Positions 13,030 to 24,488 of a stretch of DNA of 64,000 bases are shown one piece after another (positions within the stretch are counted from its first letter, which is position 1; the number at the start of each line of letters is the position of its first letter). The DNA comes from Eledone cirrhosa. Lineage: Eukaryota. A program made the position numbers and the translations under genes. The stretch is taken from assembly GCA_964016885.1 (NCBI GenBank), contig OZ024741.1:165478001-165542000 (forward strand). The letters run 5' to 3'. Under the pieces are notes generated by a model. It was not told where the DNA came from. It ran no database searches and saw only the letters and a list, made by a program, of their open reading frames with translations.

Positions 13030-13105
13030 CACTGTACCCCCAAAATATACACACTTCAACAGCATTCTAATCAAAGTGTGTATACATTTTTGGGAGACAC
13101 CATGT
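13030..13105. mobile_element. ~80 bp hairpin MITE (Tc1/mariner-like)
   Basis: CCCCAAAATATACACACTT...AAGTGTGTATACATTTTTGGG; second copy at 16945-17029. Confidence 0.7.
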
Positions 13106-13127
13106 ATACAGACACACACACACACAC

Positions 13128-13166
<39 letters not shown>

Positions 13167-13169
<3 letters not shown>

Positions 13170-13821
13170 TGAAGCTTCGCTTATCCGGAGGTCAAAACCA
13201 AACAGTTAGAAAAAGATCCGGTTAAGTGAAATATCCGGATAAGTGAATTCTAAAATCCCATTGTTACATAATGCTCGTGGTTTCTAATGTTTTGGCTTCT
13301 TTTAGTCAAAAGAAAAGACAAATGCTAAGTAAAGAAAGTTTATTAGAATAACAAAAGAACAGATAGAATTTATAAGAAAATTAATTAAATAAACATAAGA
13401 ATAACTAAAAACTTGGTAAAACTGAATTGAGTCAAACCATAAAAAGTTAGTTCTTTTATAAAAATGAATAAATAGAAGATTGTTTTCGTGCCGAAGCTCG
13501 TCGTTCCGCTACCATTTCCACGCAACAGCTGAACGGTCAACCACCTCCCTCATGTTTATCGCACGTAAAAATGGAATCATTCCCGTGTCCCCTTTTCCAA
13601 TCAAATCCCGCAGCAATTGTTTTCTGTAAATCCGCTTTAGTGTCTCCAGAACTCCCTGGTCCATTGGCTGAATAAGTGACATAACGTTCGCTGGAAGAAA
13701 TGCTGCCCAAATCTGTCCGTCTGCCGAAATCAAGTCCTCCTCATCCGGAGGTTGTATAGAAATAGCCGTCCGGTAAATCGAATTTCGGAAAAGCGATCTC
13801 CGGATAAGCGAAGATGCACTG
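13167..13821 (-). mobile_element. pogo/Tigger deletion derivative
   Basis: 24 bp TIRs CAGTGAAGCTTCGCTTATCCGGAG (2 mismatches), TA on both sides, inserted in (TA)n. Confidence 0.9.
13509..13745 (-). pseudogene. pogo/Tigger DDE_1 transposase fragment
   Basis: FLPANVMSLIQPMDQGVLETLKRIYRKQLL matches the FLPxNxTSxxQPMDQG motif. Confidence 0.9.
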
Positions 13822-13829
13822 TATATATA

Positions 13830-14030
13830 AAAAAAAACAAATAAAACACACACAGTCCATGCTGTAATGTGGTTGGTGTTAGGAAGGGCATCCAGCCGTA
13901 GAAAACCTGCCAGATAGTCCAATATGAGCGAGACACGGTCACCCGACCAGCCTTGCTTCAAGTGGCACAACTCATGTCTAACCCATGCTAGCATGGAAGA
14001 TGGACGTTAAACGATGATGATGATGATGAT
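13830..14030 (+). mobile_element. RTE-type LINE/SINE 3' tail
   Basis: GGTTGGTGTTAGGAAGGGCATCCAGC...CCATGCTAGCATGG...GGACGTTAAAC(GAT)n. Confidence 0.8.
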
Positions 14031-14172
14031 ATATATATATATATATGTATATATATCAGATAGCTGGCTGAAACATGTTTTCTCTCCTTTCATGTTTTCA
14101 TTTTTACTGTTAACTATCTTCTTTTTTTCTTCTCACCCAAGCATCCTCTCTTCTCTCTTTTACGATCATCTG

Positions 14173-14216
<44 letters not shown>

Positions 14217-14255
14217 ATATTAAATAAATGGAAACTATATTTATAAAACCATAAT

Positions 14256-14320
14256 TATTTTATTATATATATTTCAAGGGTAACCAAGACAACATTGGTA
14301 CGCTTTCATCAGATAAAATA
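14256..14320 (-). ncRNA. Minimal type I hammerhead ribozyme, copy 1
   Basis: Minus strand: TATTTTAT-CTGATGA-AAGCGTACCAA(TGTTGTC)TTGGTTACCCTT-GAAA-TATATA-TA-ATAAAATA; 8 bp stem I, intact core, palindromic stem III. Confidence 0.85.
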
Positions 14321-14742
14321 CAAAGTTTGTTTTATAAATAGAGACATACCCATGAAAATCATACCTTATCGGTTGGAAATTCACTGGATAGTAATCTGTT
14401 GAGTGCACTAAATCAGTTATAAACATATATGTTTGTCGGACTTCCAACAAATTAAATACCACTTCTACTTATATATATATATATATTTACGTGTGTGTGT
14501 GTGTTATAAGCATAGATTAGAAGCAAACAATCCCTATGATAATAACAAATATTTGCTCTATATACTTCTAAATATATACAACCCTTATCGAGTCCCTCTG
14601 GATTTTGGTCTTAGTATTTATTATTACTACTGTGCGTGTGTGTATGTTTGTGCGTGCGTGCGAGAGAGAGAGAGAATCCTGGGTTCAATCGGGGGTAACA
14701 AAACTATTCTAGTCCTGTAGAAGCCATTTCTACATTAAATTT

Positions 14743-14780
<38 letters not shown>

Positions 14781-14783
<3 letters not shown>

Positions 14784-15380
14784 GGTGTGTCAGAAAAGCA
14801 ACTGAACTTAGGGTGCTGTGTGAGCTATGACTGGGGAAGTGATTAGCAGGTTGCATCAGCAGGTGATGTAATATCTAGGGAATATATAACTGCGATCTCA
14901 TCTCTCTGCACGCATTGTACGTTTTTTCATGAGCTTTTATTAACAGCTCCTCAATTTTAAACCATCAAATGATGGGCACAGAACAACGAACCAACCTGAA
15001 GTTTCTGGTCCGGGTGGGGAAAACTCTATCTCAAGCACTCGGAATATGGCAGCAAGTGTATGGAGATGAGATGATGTCAGGCTCATAGGTTTTTGAATGG
15101 AACAAAAGGTGGCAGATGATCCCAGGAGCCCGTGAGGGAGGTGGTGCAGAGTAATTGGCGGCCAATTGTTTGACTGATCGCAAATGAGCTGGGCATAAAC
15201 TGCGACTGTATTTGGAAGATTACATTGAAGATTTGGGCATGTGTATGATCGGCGTGAAGGTGGTGCCAAAGCTGTTGAATGATGACTTGAAATATGTGTC
15301 AGGACATCCTTGAGCATCTTGAAACTGAACCAAACTTGCTGGGGTGAGTCATCAGTGGTGATGAATCATGTATACATTTT
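14781..15380 (+). pseudogene. Decayed mariner element: possible 5' TIR and N-terminal half of the transposase
   Basis: From 14969: EQRTNLKFLVRVGKT...QQVYGDE...VFEWNKR, later EDLGM...VVPKLL and VISGDES; contains stops and frameshifts. Confidence 0.85.
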
Positions 15381-15386
15381 TCCATT

Positions 15387-15470
15387 GGGACTCGACAGTT
15401 GAGCTCTTGCTATTCCAACAGCTAGTTCCGGAACTAGCTGTTGGAATGGTAATAGCTCAGCCATTGGGAC
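15387..15470. repeat. Long hairpin element, copy A
   Basis: Perfect 36 bp palindrome at 15412-15447 with imperfect outer arms. Confidence 0.85.
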
Positions 15471-15484
15471 TTTATAATATATAT

Positions 15485-15525
<41 letters not shown>

Positions 15526-15534
15526 GTGTGTAAT

Positions 15535-16204
15535 AGTAATATACGTGAACGGCAAAGCATAAACGAACTAAAGAAAAAATTAGAGATAAGAGGGATCAGA
15601 TGTTGTTTACTCGAGAGAAGGCTACGTTGGTATGGACACGTGATGCGCATGAAAGTCGATAGCTGTATAAAAAAGTGCAGGGCAATAAAGATAGATGGTA
15701 GCCACGGAATAGGCAGACCTAGAAAAACCTGGGACGAGCTGATAAACTCCGACCTCACGCACTTACACCTCTCCAAGACAATGTCACTGGACCGAGACCT
15801 TTGGCGGTACTCAGTAATACAGAAGACCCGCCTTACCTAAATACAAAGTAAAACCTACTACAGTCAGTAGGCACCTCTAACAAAATACACCCCCGTCCAC
15901 ACCGTCCCCTTCTATGTAAAGTTATGTTGGTGCCACACCATCCAGGCCGAAACAAATGAGATCGTGTAGGTGTCACGACAAAAAACACACAGTCCACGCT
16001 GTAATGTGGCCGTGTAGGCAACACGGTAAAAACCTCCCAGCCCCACACTGTAAATGTGGTTGGTGTTAGGAAGGGCATCCAGCTGTAGAAAACCCGCCAG
16101 ACAGTCCTATGCGAGCAAGACAATCACTCTTGCCTCAAGTGGGAAAACCCCCGTCCAAACCCATGCAAGCATGGAACACGGACGTTAAACGTTGATGATG
16201 ATGA

Positions 16205-16208
<4 letters not shown>
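15535..16208 (+). mobile_element. 5' truncated RTE-clade LINE (ORF C-terminus, 3' UTR, (GAT)n tail)
   Basis: RRLRWYGHVMRM...GRPRKTW...DRDLWR motif followed by the family tail. Confidence 0.9.
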
Positions 16209-16250
<42 letters not shown>

Positions 16251-16289
16251 CAAAATATTAATACATAAAAAATATTCTCATAATTAAAA

Positions 16290-16360
16290 TATATATTTTA
16301 TTATACATATTTCAAAGGTACAATGGTGTTTAAGTACGTTTTCATCAGATAAAATATATA
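16290..16360 (-). ncRNA. Minimal type I hammerhead ribozyme, copy 2
   Basis: Minus strand: TATATATTTTAT-CTGATGA-AAACGTAC(TTAAACACCATT)GTACCTTT-GAAA-TATGTA-TA-ATAAAATATATA; 12 bp stem I. Confidence 0.85.
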
Positions 16361-16912
16361 AGATTGGATATGCGACATACCGCTACGGTTTTGATTATTC
16401 AATTCCAATAGTGGTATATATATATATATATATATATGATGATGATGATGATGATGTTGCTGTTGACGATATAAATATATGAGAGAGAGAGCTTGTGTAG
16501 TTCAGTAGATATGTAGTTTACTGAGTAAGGTACCATATATATTTATGTACATGTATACATACATATATATATACACACATATATGAGGTATTTAAGTGAA
16601 CTTAACAGAAATATAACAAAGCTAAGTGAGATATTTAATTCCACTCAAGAAATCAAAGATGGAATTGTACTCATCATAACTTCATTGCCCTCTACAAATA
16701 AACCAGTAAGTGGGCAGAACTAGCAGGAAGCTACGTTTTTAGAGTTTTAAGCAAAACAGTTTCCATATATTTATTAAGAATGGTCTAAAGTGGAAGAAAA
16801 TGAATAAAGTAACCAATGTGTATGTATGTATGTATGTGTGTGTATTCTGATGGAAAGGTTGTGAATTAGCAGTTATATATGTATTTATGGATACACACTC
16901 ACACACACGGAC

Positions 16913-16943
<31 letters not shown>

Positions 16944-16944
16944 C

Positions 16945-17029
16945 ACAGGGTGTCCCAAAAAATGTATACACACTTCAACAGCATTCTAATAGATATGTGT
17001 ATACATTTTGGGGGTGGGGGGACACTGTA
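16945..17029. mobile_element. ~80 bp hairpin MITE
   Basis: CAGGGTGTCCCAAAAAATGTATACAC...GTGTATACATTTTGGGG...GGACACTG. Confidence 0.7.
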
Positions 17030-17118
17030 TGTATGTGAGTGTCTATATATATATACATATACACATATTTTTACACACACGCACACACACACACGCACAT
17101 TATATATATAATATATAA

Positions 17119-17450
17119 TGGAGGCACATGGCTTAGTGGTTAGAGCATTGGCCTTGCAATCGAAAGGTTGTGAGTTCAATTCTCAGACCGGGTGATGTGT
17201 TGTTTCCTTGAGCAAGACACTTTATTTCACATTGCTCCAGTTTACTGAGCTGTAGAAATGAGATGATAGGGACTGGGGTCCCTATCATTCCACTGCAAAG
17301 TGGTCGTGGGTGGTGCCACGGCAAAAAAGCACCCAGCACTCTCTGTAAATGAGGTTGATGTTAGGAAGGGCATCCAGCTGTAGAAATCAGTTCCCGTCCC
17401 ACCCTTGCAAGCAGGGAAAAGTGCACGTAAAATGATGATGATGATGATGA
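17119..17450 (+). mobile_element. tRNA-derived SINE family B (CORE-like centre, RTE-type tail)
   Basis: A box TGGCTTAGTGG, B box GAGTTCAATTC, CCTTGAGCAAGACACTT centre, tail shared with the RTE 3' UTR, (TGA)n end. Confidence 0.9.
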
Positions 17451-17457
17451 TCACACG

Positions 17458-17489
<32 letters not shown>

Positions 17490-17774
17490 GTGAGAGAACC
17501 AACGATTGGCCTTATGGAAACCCATAACCAACAAAATATATATAAAAATAAAACATATACACACACAAATACATATATATACATACACACACACATACAT
17601 AGAAACACACACACACATATATATATATATATAAATGTACAAACATCTCCACAAAAGTTTGTGTGGATGTTAGAAGAAAAAAAAATAAGTTGACTTTATG
17701 ATAAAAAATAAAAGCTCCCGCTAATCTCTCTATCTATCTATCTATCTATCAATCTATCTATCTATCTCTCTATC

Positions 17775-17857
17775 ACATTTTACACGTTTTTATTGTATGT
17801 AAACTTCCCCCTTTGTATTTGTCCCCTTCTTTTGTGCCCCTGTGGCTAATAAAGAAA
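17775..17857 (+). mobile_element. Tx1/L1-like LINE extreme 3' end within (TATC)n
   Basis: TTGTATTTGTCCCCTTCTTTTGTGCCCCTGTGGCTAATAAAGAAA; near identical to the 3' end of 60233-60576. Confidence 0.7.
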
Positions 17858-17873
17858 TATATCTATCTATCTC

Positions 17874-17904
<31 letters not shown>

Positions 17905-18099
17905 CTCTATCTATCTTTATCTCTATCTATTTATCATTCTTTATCTCTATATAAAAATAACAGCCCAACCTGTTGAGATCACAACAGAAGAATGTGATAA
18001 AACTTTTCACAGATATATTTTATAGTTTTATTATCTGTGTATAGCAATAATAATGCAGCAGGTTAAAAACACTAGCTTAAACCCACACAAGAAACATTA

Positions 18100-18219
18100 A
18101 TACAAATAACAATAACAACTACAATAACTACAATAACAACAATGATAACAATGATAACAATGATGATGATGATGATGATAGCAATAATAACAATAATATC
18201 CATGTTGATAATAATAATA

Positions 18220-18253
<34 letters not shown>

Positions 18254-18391
18254 CAACCATGGAGAAGGTGACTATGATGATGATGATCATGATCATGATG
18301 ATAATGATAATAACAACCAAGGAAGTGACTATGATGATGATAATGATGATGATAAATGAATAAATATCTTAACAAACAAACAAACAAACAA

Positions 18392-18422
<31 letters not shown>

Positions 18423-18801
18423 ACAAAAATAAATAAATAAATAAATAATAAATAAAATACACAAATAAAATACACAAATAAAATAAACTAAATAAAGAAT
18501 AAATAAATAAATAAATAATTGTTTCTACTTTAGGCACAAGGCCAGCAATTACCCAGTGCATTGCTGGTACTTTATTTTATCGACCCCGTAAGGATGAAAG
18601 GCAAAGTCAACCTCAGCGGGATTTGAACTCAGATCGTAAAGGGACGTAACTATGCTGGAAAGCATGGCGTCCGATCCTCTACCGAAACTGCCAATATAAT
18701 AATAAATAAAATAAAATAAATATAAAATAAATAAATAAATAAATAATAAAATAGATAAATAATAAGAAAATAAATGAATAAATAAATAAATAATAATAAA
18801 A

Positions 18802-18832
<31 letters not shown>

Positions 18833-18870
18833 AATAAAATAAAATAAATAAATAAACAAACAAACAAATA
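18100..18870. repeat. Compound (AAC/ATG/AAT)n and (AAAT)n tract containing a SINE A copy (18515-18695, minus)
   Basis: Direct reading. Confidence 0.9.
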
Positions 18871-19147
18871 TAAACCACACATCTTTTAGCAAACCTTAAA
18901 AATTGTACAAGTCAGAGAGTGTCACTGAAAATTATCTGAAATGACTTCTTTGAAGTGTATTCATAGAAAGTTGAAGAAAAAAGCTCTCTAAGAATGGACG
19001 GTGTGCTCTTGAAAACTATTCAAATAAATTTTCAAACAAAAATTAATTCTGTTTGCAATAAATGAGCATTAACTGGAACTGGTCAAAGAACTTCTCCATA
19101 GTAACTTCATCTGACATTGAGAGGAAGTTATTGTAAAGAGAAGCATA

Positions 19148-19530
19148 CTGTTGTTGTTGTTGTTGTTGTTATGGTTGTGGTGGTGGTGTTGGTGGTGGTA
19201 GTGGTGACGATGGTGGTGGTAGTGGTGGTGGTTGTGGTGGTAGTCATGGTGGTGATTGTGGTGGTGGTGGTGATGATAATGGTGGTGATTGTGGTGGTGG
19301 TGGTGATGATAATGGTGGTGGTGATAATGGTGGTGGTGGTGGTGTTATTGTTGATTGTGCTAGTGATGATGGTGATGGTGGCTGTGGTTGTGGTGGTGAT
19401 GATAATGGTGGTGGTGGTGGTGTTATTGTTGATTGTGCTAGTGGTGATGGTGGTTGTGGTTGTGATGGTGGTGTTATTGGTGATGGTGGTGGTGATGGTT
19501 GCAGTGCTGGTGGTGGTGGTGTTATTGTTG
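19148..19530. repeat. (GGT/GAT/GTT)n trinucleotide tract
   Basis: Direct reading. Confidence 0.95.
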
Positions 19531-19774
19531 AAGAGATGTGTGGAGAGAGGCAACAAATAACTGATTAAAGTTAATGGAGTTTCTATTACTGTAAAGATTG
19601 AATTCTAAAGATGCCAGCATGTATGTTTAAAATATTTGCTGAAGAAGGTGTCTGTAGATATGTTTAGTATGCATGTGTGTTGAAATTGTGTGTGATGAAT
19701 ATGCCTGTGTGTTTGTTATATATTGTGTTGAAAATAGTACGAGTGTGTGTATATACATACATGTTATACATATA

Positions 19775-19807
<33 letters not shown>

Positions 19808-20552
19808 CAAATGTGAGGAAACAAGACATGTCAAATATATTAGATTTTTGTGTTTCTCAAATATATAATTTACACACACACACACATATCATCAGCGCCA
19901 TTTTAACATCCACTTTCCCTGCTAGCAACGGACACATATATGTATGTGTGTTTAATGTGTATATATGTTGAAGACATCAGTATAAAGTGTTCAATATTAG
20001 TGCAGGTTGGTAGATTGATGTTTAGATGTTTTGCAATGTTTGTTTCCACAGATTCCATTCTGAGTTCAAATCCTCATTTTCACTGTAAACATTTTATCTC
20101 AAATAATATTGATTCGATGAGATTTTGATATTATTTATTTTGCGAACTATACCTTAACATAAGTATGAGCAGCCAGTTACAGCTGGTTTGAACAGGAAGA
20201 GATGAGAGAATTCTGGCCAGATACAGTCAGTTTAAATGCTAAAGGGTTAACACTACCGCTTGGCCCTTGGGTTGTTAAAAGCCCTCAGGCCATATTTCTG
20301 GTTTGAAGATATCTTCTCTTTCTGTCTCCCATCAGTCTCAGGAGCACTGAAGAGAGTCATGGACACTATCCTTCCATCCCTGACTAATTATCCATCAACA
20401 CCGTTTTAGGTCCATGTTCCACACTGGTATGGGTTGGACAGCTTGTGATGTTCTGAGATATGACAGGTCAAATGACCACATCTTACTCGTGCATTCCAAT
20501 TTGACTGGTTTCTACAGCTGGATGCCATTCCTAGCACCAACCACAATGGGCT

Positions 20553-21330
20553 GGGTGCATTTTCTCATGGTGCCAGCACTACCACTTTCCAAAGTGGACT
20601 AGGTGCATTTTCTCATGGTGCCAGCACTACCACTTTCCAAAGTGGACTAGGTGCATTTTCTCATGGTGCCAGCACTACCACTTTCCAAAGTGGACTAGGT
20701 GCATTTTCTAATGGTGTCAGCACTACCACTTTCCAAAGTGGACTAGGTGCATTTTCTCATGGTGCCAGCGCTACCACTTTCCAAAGTGGACTAGGTGCAT
20801 TTTCTCATGGTGCCAGCACTACCACTTTCCAAAGTGGACTAGGTGCATTTTCTCATGGTGCCAGCACTACCACTTTCCAAAGTGGACTAGGTGCATTTTC
20901 TCATGGTGCCAGCACTACCACTTTCCAAAGTGGACTAGGTGCATTTTCTCATGATGCCAGCACTACCACTTTCCAAAGTGGACTAGGTGCATTTTCTCAT
21001 GGTGCCAGCACTACCACTTTCCAAAGTGGACTAGGTGCATTTTCTCATGGTGCCAGCACTACCACTTTCCAAAGTGGACTAGGTGCATTTTCTCATGGTG
21101 CCAGCACTACCACTTTCCAAAGTGGACTAGGTGTATTTTCTCATGGTGCCAGCACTACCACTTTCCAAAGTGGACTAGGTGCATTTTCTAATGGTGTCAG
21201 CATTACCACTTTCCTAAGTGGATTGGGTGCATTTTATCATGGTGCCAGCAATTCCACTTTACAAGGTGTACTGGGTGTATTTTCTTGAGAAACCAGTGCA
21301 GCCGCTTTACAGAGTGTACTGGGTGGATTT
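20553..21330. repeat. 48 bp tandem repeat, about 15-16 units
   Basis: Unit GGTGCATTTTCTCATGGTGCCAGCACTACCACTTTCCAAAGTGGACTA; ACCACTTTCC recurs at 20581, 20821 and 21061 (5 x 48 spacing). Confidence 0.95.
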
Positions 21331-21859
21331 CACCTAAACAGTTAAAACAAATAAATAATTCCATTGCTATTACTACTAATGGCAATGGAAATAGCTGACC
21401 TCAAGATTAGTCTCAGAAACAATAGAATCTGTTGTGGAAGAGCTGTTAGCATTATTTGGGTGCTTCTCTCCACCCTTACCCTGAAAGAACATATTAGAAA
21501 TATATTTTAATAAATGGTTTCAACTCCACAGAGGAGAAAGAAAAGAGACAAACCAATTACTTAGCAATAAAGTAATTAATTAATTTGTTAATGCACACAG
21601 AAATACGTTTCCACTAATAATACATGTCTGCCATTTACTAATCAATTAATCAATAATTATAAGGAACCATATTTAAGCCCTGTACTATCACTGACATCAC
21701 CCTCTACTGTTGCCACCAGCATCATAGAAATGGTAATAATAATAGTTTCTAGTTTATAGCAAAGCCAGCAGTTTGATAGGAGAGTGGAACAGACAATTAT
21801 ATCGACCCAGTACATGACTGGTACTTTATTTTATAGACCTTGGAAAGATAGTTATGATA

Positions 21860-22040
21860 ATAATTGTTTCTATTTTTGGCACAAGGTCAGCAATTACCCC
21901 TAGTGCATTACTGGTGCTTTATTTTATCGACCCCGTAAGGATGAAAGGTAAAGTTAACCTCAACAGGATTTGAACTCAGAATGCAAAGGGCCATAACTCT
22001 ATGCTGCAAAGCATGGTCTCTGACGCTCTACTGATTCTGT
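21860..22040 (-). mobile_element. SINE family A
   Basis: Reverse consensus. Confidence 0.85.
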
Positions 22041-22047
22041 AATAATT

Positions 22048-22265
22048 TTTTCAAAACTTCTATGCTTTCCAAAATTTTCCAGCACTACACCTGATATTCC
22101 CACTCCATACACATGCACGCATGTATCTGTGTGTATATCATGACTCATACACTGTTCACTTTCCTGACATTTGTACATTATTCTATGTACTATACATGCA
22201 CCTTTAATGAGTTATAGTGCACCTGAGCACTGTACACAATCATTTTCATTATCATTATTATTATT
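22048..22265 (+). mobile_element. CR1-like LINE 3' end
   Basis: Homologous to the reverse complement of 51995-52200; (ATT)n tail. Confidence 0.75.
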
Positions 22266-22404
22266 GATCCTATATGCTTATCAGTTTAATTAAGATCAAA
22301 ATTCTGTTATTAAATCTTCACATTTTTACAGAAAAAAATTCATAATGATAATAGGGAAGTAAAAAAAAAAAACTTCAGCCCATCATTATATAGGTAACAG
22401 CACA

Positions 22405-22607
22405 TTAACCCGTTCATTACCTTATTTCTAATGAAAGATACTACCTATAATTTTCAAATAATTTTGAAAAATAATCAAGAATTTGGCATGACTGACTTAT
22501 ACAAAATTACAATGGAAGTGTTTTAGGTAAATATAAAACCTTAAAAGAATAGTTTTGTATTGTAGAAAGAAGGGTAGTTTCAAACAGTTTGGTATCAAAA
22601 GGGTTAA
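22405..22607. mobile_element. piggyBac-type MITE P2
   Basis: TTAACCCGTTCATTACC...GGTATCAAAAGGGTTAA. Confidence 0.7.
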
Positions 22608-22807
22608 GATAGATTGAGAAAATTACAGAGTTACTGAAAGAATGAAATCATAGCAAAGTAAAAAAACAAATAAAAAAACCCATGAGTAAATCAAAATTTT
22701 CAAACAAGGAAATATATATGATTAAGCCTTCACTATATAACCACAGGCTTAACTATCAAGTTAGACCTCCACATAGTCTCTTCTACATACTGACCATATA
22801 TATGTAC

Positions 22808-23351
22808 CGAGTTGAGAGAGAGACTGAGCATAAGAGGAATCAAATGCTGTGTGCAGGAGAGGAGATTGCATTGGTATGGACATGTGATGCGTATGAAGGA
22901 TGACAGTTGCATAAAAAGGTGCGGAGCACTAAAAGTCGATGGAAGCCTTGGAGTGGGGAGACACAAGAAGACCTGGGATGAGGTGATAAAAGCTGACCTT
23001 GCCCAATTGCACCTCTCAAAGGTGATGACACAGGACCAAGACCGCTGGCGTTATGCAGTAATACAGAAGACCCGACTTCCCATGGGTACAAGCCGAAGCT
23101 GAAGCATTATAGACAATATGCCCCCACCCCTCCCACTGTAAAGTTGTCGTGTAGGCGCCACAGTAAAAAAGCATCCAGTACTTACTGTAAATGAGGTTGG
23201 TGTTAGGAAGGGCATCCAACTGTAGAAATTAAGCCAAAATCAGTTCCCGTATGAGCAAGACATGGTCACCCGATCTGGTATTGCCCACAACAGGACAACC
23301 TGTCTAACCTATGCTAGTGAGGAAAAATGGACGTAAAACGATGATGATGAT
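22808..23351 (+). mobile_element. 5' truncated RTE-clade LINE
   Basis: RRLHWYGHVMRM...GRHKKTW...DQDRWR; paralogous to the 15535 copy; (GAT)n tail. Confidence 0.9.
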
Positions 23352-23739
23352 GTATCATTTCCTTCTTTTAGCATCATTCACATTACACTTAATTTTTAAC
23401 ACATGAGTGACAAGTTGAAAATTACTTCTACACAGGTCACATAATTCCACATGCCCCAGTTCAGCTGGTAAGACCACCACCACCACCTCCCACATCCTCA
23501 CCACTTCTGCCATGAGTCCTGGAATAGTATACTATTTTGTATTCTCAGTCATTCAGATAGTTGTGACATCATCACTGCTTAAAATTATGTAAATTTATTA
23601 CATATAAATATATTGTATATGCTTCCATATACACCTCTATGCAGAATCACACCGTGTTAGTGTTGCTGCTAACTATATGCAAATGAGCATCTCCACAAAT
23701 GTATTATTTTCAAAATTCTATAAGAAGCATTAACGTTCT

Positions 23740-23827
23740 TACCTCAGTAATGAGTAACATCACTGATGATGGATTAATAAATCCTAAATACTCTACTATA
23801 TGGTGTTCTCACACAGTTACTGAGGTA
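23740..23827 (+). ncRNA. Extended type I hammerhead-like motif, probably inactive (G12 to U)
   Basis: Bulged stem I TACCTCAGTAA/TTACTGAGGTA + TGAG/CTCA + AACATCA/TGGTGTT enclosing CTGATGA-T-GGATT(AATA)AATCC-TAAA-TA(CTCTAC)TA-TA. Confidence 0.6.
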
Positions 23828-24199
23828 GCTGTGACATAATCACAACCTAACTTTTTCAAGGCTGTAGTTTTAATCAAATAAACTCTAATCCAATTAAGAA
23901 TTTTAAAGGATTTACTAAAATTAAGTATTTCATTATTAAAGTAGTAACTGAACAAATGGTTCTTATATAGAATTATGTTGGAAGATTTTAATTTGAATAG
24001 GAAGCCTTTAAAATTAGTGATTTTATTTCAAAGGACCAAAATCTGTTTTGGTTGAGTTGGTATTAAAAATGTTTAAATGCTCACAGTAAGACTTAAGTAT
24101 GTTTATTATACATAAACAGACTATATGCTCTGTAAACACAGTATCTCTTTCTGTGTGTATGTGTGATTGTATGTGTCTGTCTGTCTGTATGTATCTATC

Positions 24200-24488
24200 C
24201 CAAAAATGGCCTGAGTGAAAGGGCCTTCTCTGTATATAAACTTATAGGTTGAAGAAGATAAAAGGGAGAAAATGGGAGCACTTACAAAACATACTCCTGG
24301 TGTTAAGGGTTGTTGTATCTACGAAGTGTGAAACAACCCTGCAGTAACGTTCCCCATTATTGGGTATTTCAATTATTCATTTCAATTTTATAACTGTTAA
24401 ATTTGTTTACACGATTATTTGTAAAGACCCTGCCATCACGTTTTGTAATGTCCCATTTCTTGTGTACCTTTGTGGCAAATAAAGAAAT
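24200..24488 (+). mobile_element. Tx1/L1-like LINE 3' fragment flanked by TATC repeats
   Basis: Homologous to 60233-60576; ends GGCAAATAAAGAAA then TATATCTATGTATCTATC. Confidence 0.65.

Noticed and set aside
13509-13994. 161 aa ORF as an intact transposase gene
   Set aside because: Only the last ~79 codons are transposase-like; the N-terminus crosses the TIR into an unrelated RTE tail.
14256-16360. Hammerheads 1 and 2 as paired LTRs of a single retrozyme
   Set aside because: Their flanks are too divergent and the intervening 2 kb is a mosaic of unrelated mariner, RTE and microsatellite pieces; independent insertions are more likely.
17119-17190. tRNA gene
   Set aside because: A and B boxes are present but there is no proper acceptor stem and it continues into a SINE body; the same applies to SINE A heads.
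20553-21330. CRISPR-like 48 bp array
   Set aside because: No spacers; the unit resembles a retroposon tail segment.
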